Shown here piece after piece: positions 61,501 through 63,667 of a stretch of DNA of 63,667 bases. How positions within the stretch are numbered: the first letter of the stretch is position 1; every line of letters starts with the position of its first letter. A model generated the notes under the pieces. The model was not told the origin of the DNA and ran no database searches. It saw only the letters and a list, made by a program, of their open reading frames with translations. The stretch comes from Geosiphon pyriformis uo1. Its lineage: Eukaryota; Fungi; Glomeromycota. The DNA is taken from the NCBI GenBank assembly GCA_016748015.1, contig JAAOMT010000479.1, positions 647,824 through 711,490 on the forward strand, written 5' to 3'. The position numbers and the translations under genes were made by a program.

Positions 61501-63667
61501 CTCTTCTCATAACCACACCACTATTCCACCAGTCTGAATTGCTGAAAATGCCAATCTCTCTGATATTTTTTCTTTTGAATTTGAAGCAAATGAATCACCA
61601 TTCTTACTTAGCAATGCAGCGGCTAATGAGCAAAAAGCCATTACTGCAATGTACACAGAAGCTGAAGTAGAAGGAAAGCCAATTCGCTTGATCCTAGACA
61701 GTAGATCCACCAGAAGCATTATTACCTACCAGTTAATGCAACAATTGAAAAGAAATGTAGACCGACCAGCTCAAACAGTAATCGTCACTGCCGATAGCAT
61801 GAAAAAGACCCCAGTAGGAGAAATTGACAATTTTCCATTCACTCTTGATGGAATCACCATTCCAGTCAAAGTTCTTGTAATGGACACACCCCAGTACCAA
61901 GCTCTCATCAGAAATGATTGGCTTCAAAAAGCCAATGCTAATCTGAATTGGGAAACACAAGAGTTAACAATCTTCTACCAAGAACAACATGCCTGGATAT
62001 CTGCCATTTGTGGTACATTCAACAAACACTCTGAAAAAGCCCCGGCTTTTGAATTTGAACCAGAAGAAGAAAAACCAATAATCGAAACATTTATGGCTCT
62101 TAGATCAACGTCCAACTGGGCCGATGAAACAGAACAAAAACATTTTACCCTACACACTAAACCCGAAACCTCTGGATGGAATATACCTTACTCAAAACCC
62201 GAACCAAGAAAACAACGCCCCTATATTCCCCTTAAATGTAAGGACTGCCACAAGAAATTATCGTCAATGGAAGCCTGCATTTCACCTGAAGAAGAATATG
62301 AGAATTATACTTGTTATTACTGCAAGGCTTGCCACAGAGAGCGATGGGGCCATCTAATAAAAAGAAGCGGAAAATGGGACAACACCCCTTGTTTGACTTG
62401 TGGAAATATGCTACTGGAAGAATGCAATTGGATTGATGTAGCAATGAGAGGAGGCATCTGCGATCAGACCTGCCAATATGCTTTATCAATTCAGAAAAAG
62501 TAAAAAGAGGAACACCCTTTAATGCAGCATACAACAGTGCTCTCAACAAACTTTATCACTACCCTCATGATGCCGAGATGATTTTCGACTTAGCAATGGC
62601 ATTAATTAATGGAGCTACCAAAGAAGATGTTTGTCAAATGAAGGAAGCAGAATACATTGAATACACTATGGAATTAGCTAGATTCGATTACGAAGATGAA
62701 GTAGAAGTCTACCACCAAATTGCAAGTCACACCTACCCAACTCATGAAGCTCAAATTCAATGATTAGAGCAAATAAACATTAAGCTATGTGAAGAATGCA
62801 TTATGTCTTGCGATAAACAATGGTGTCCTGAATGCTATGCTCTTAGTATCCCCTTGCCCAGCAAAAATGATGAGAATGAAATTGAATTTAGAGAACCTGA
62901 AGAAACAGAAGAAATTAAAACAACACCCATCTACCTTATCAAAAATCAGCCTGCCTTACAACTTAAGTACTTCAACAACAATGGACAAGGAATAAAACCC
63001 GAAAAAGCACACGAAATTGATGCTGGATATGACCTAAGATATCCAGGCAAGGATACTCTTGTTCTCAAACCCAAATCTCTCACAAAAATCAATCTCAAAA
63101 TTGCACTTGAAATTCTGCCAGGAACAATGGTTCAAATCACCTTTCAGTTCTTTCTGACAAGCAAAGGAATTAATGTTAGAGGAAGAATAATCGATGTTGG
63201 ATATACTGGAGACATAACAGTGATGCTTCAAAATGAAACTGACAAATCATTCAAGATTGAACATGCTGAAAAAATTGCCCAAGCTATCTATCTACCCCTA
63301 ATCAACATTTCGGGTTTGCAACTAGTCAATCAAAGAGAGCAATTAGGAAAAAGCAATAGAGGAACCCAAGGTTTTGGTTCAACTGGACGATTCACAGTTC
63401 CAGTTAATATAGCTCTTAACACACAGAATGAATCCCACCAGATTCTCAGACTTCCACAACTGATTACTATCTCACTCTTTGGAGAACATCTGGAAATCTA
63501 CACCTGCCCAAAGCCAACAACCACACAACAAATTTTTGAGTCCAATGAACAAGTCTGCTTGGAACATAATATTTTGATCTCAAACATTTATATTCCAGAA
63601 GGAACAAAGAAAGTCCAAGTTACTTTTTACAACCCCAATAATTACCCCATAATTTTATTAAATAACT
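58599..63667 (+). mobile_element. Gypsy family B element, 5' part (LTR, gag, protease, Cys-rich module, dUTPase); runs off the window
   Basis: LTR 58599-59575; PBS TGGTGCTCTCCCACGA at 59578; capsid MTTYIAKIPEFNG; CHYCGISGH(W)KRDC; RLILDSRS; gag and protease share one frame. Confidence 0.93.
62965..63390 (+). pseudogene. dut: dUTPase domain, family B
   Basis: AHEIDAGYDL, GRIIDVGYTG, EKIAQAI, RGTQGFGSTG; motif II decayed. Confidence 0.93.

Overview
Eukaryotic DNA with short spliceosomal introns, from a fungus. The repeat families resemble what I recall from the glomeromycete Geosiphon pyriformis; that assignment is unverified. Bases 1 to ~10.8 kb are a compact gene block: the 3' end of a La/LARP7-type xRRM gene, ICln/Lot5, indoleamine 2,3-dioxygenase, Arp10 and a conserved uncharacterised gene. 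The remaining ~53 kb is a nested, C>T/G>A-eroded transposon block with three element types. (1) Two families of Ty3/Gypsy LTR retrotransposons with 4-bp TSDs and an unusual layout: GTG-started helical N-terminal domain, capsid, zinc knuckle, protease, ~200-aa Cys-rich module, dUTPase, RT, RNase H, integrase, plus a separate ~211-aa ORF in the env position. One element is complete (28530-38591), and there are several solo LTRs. (2) LINEs with ORF1 plus APE-RT-RNase H-CCHC ORF2. (3) Two copies of a non-autonomous ORF1-only retroposon with poly-A tail, 12-15-bp TSDs and the LINE 3' tail. All transposon ORFs are pseudogenised. The best candidates for undescribed systems are the Cys-rich/dUTPase/ORF3 Gypsy lineage and the ORF1-only retroposon.
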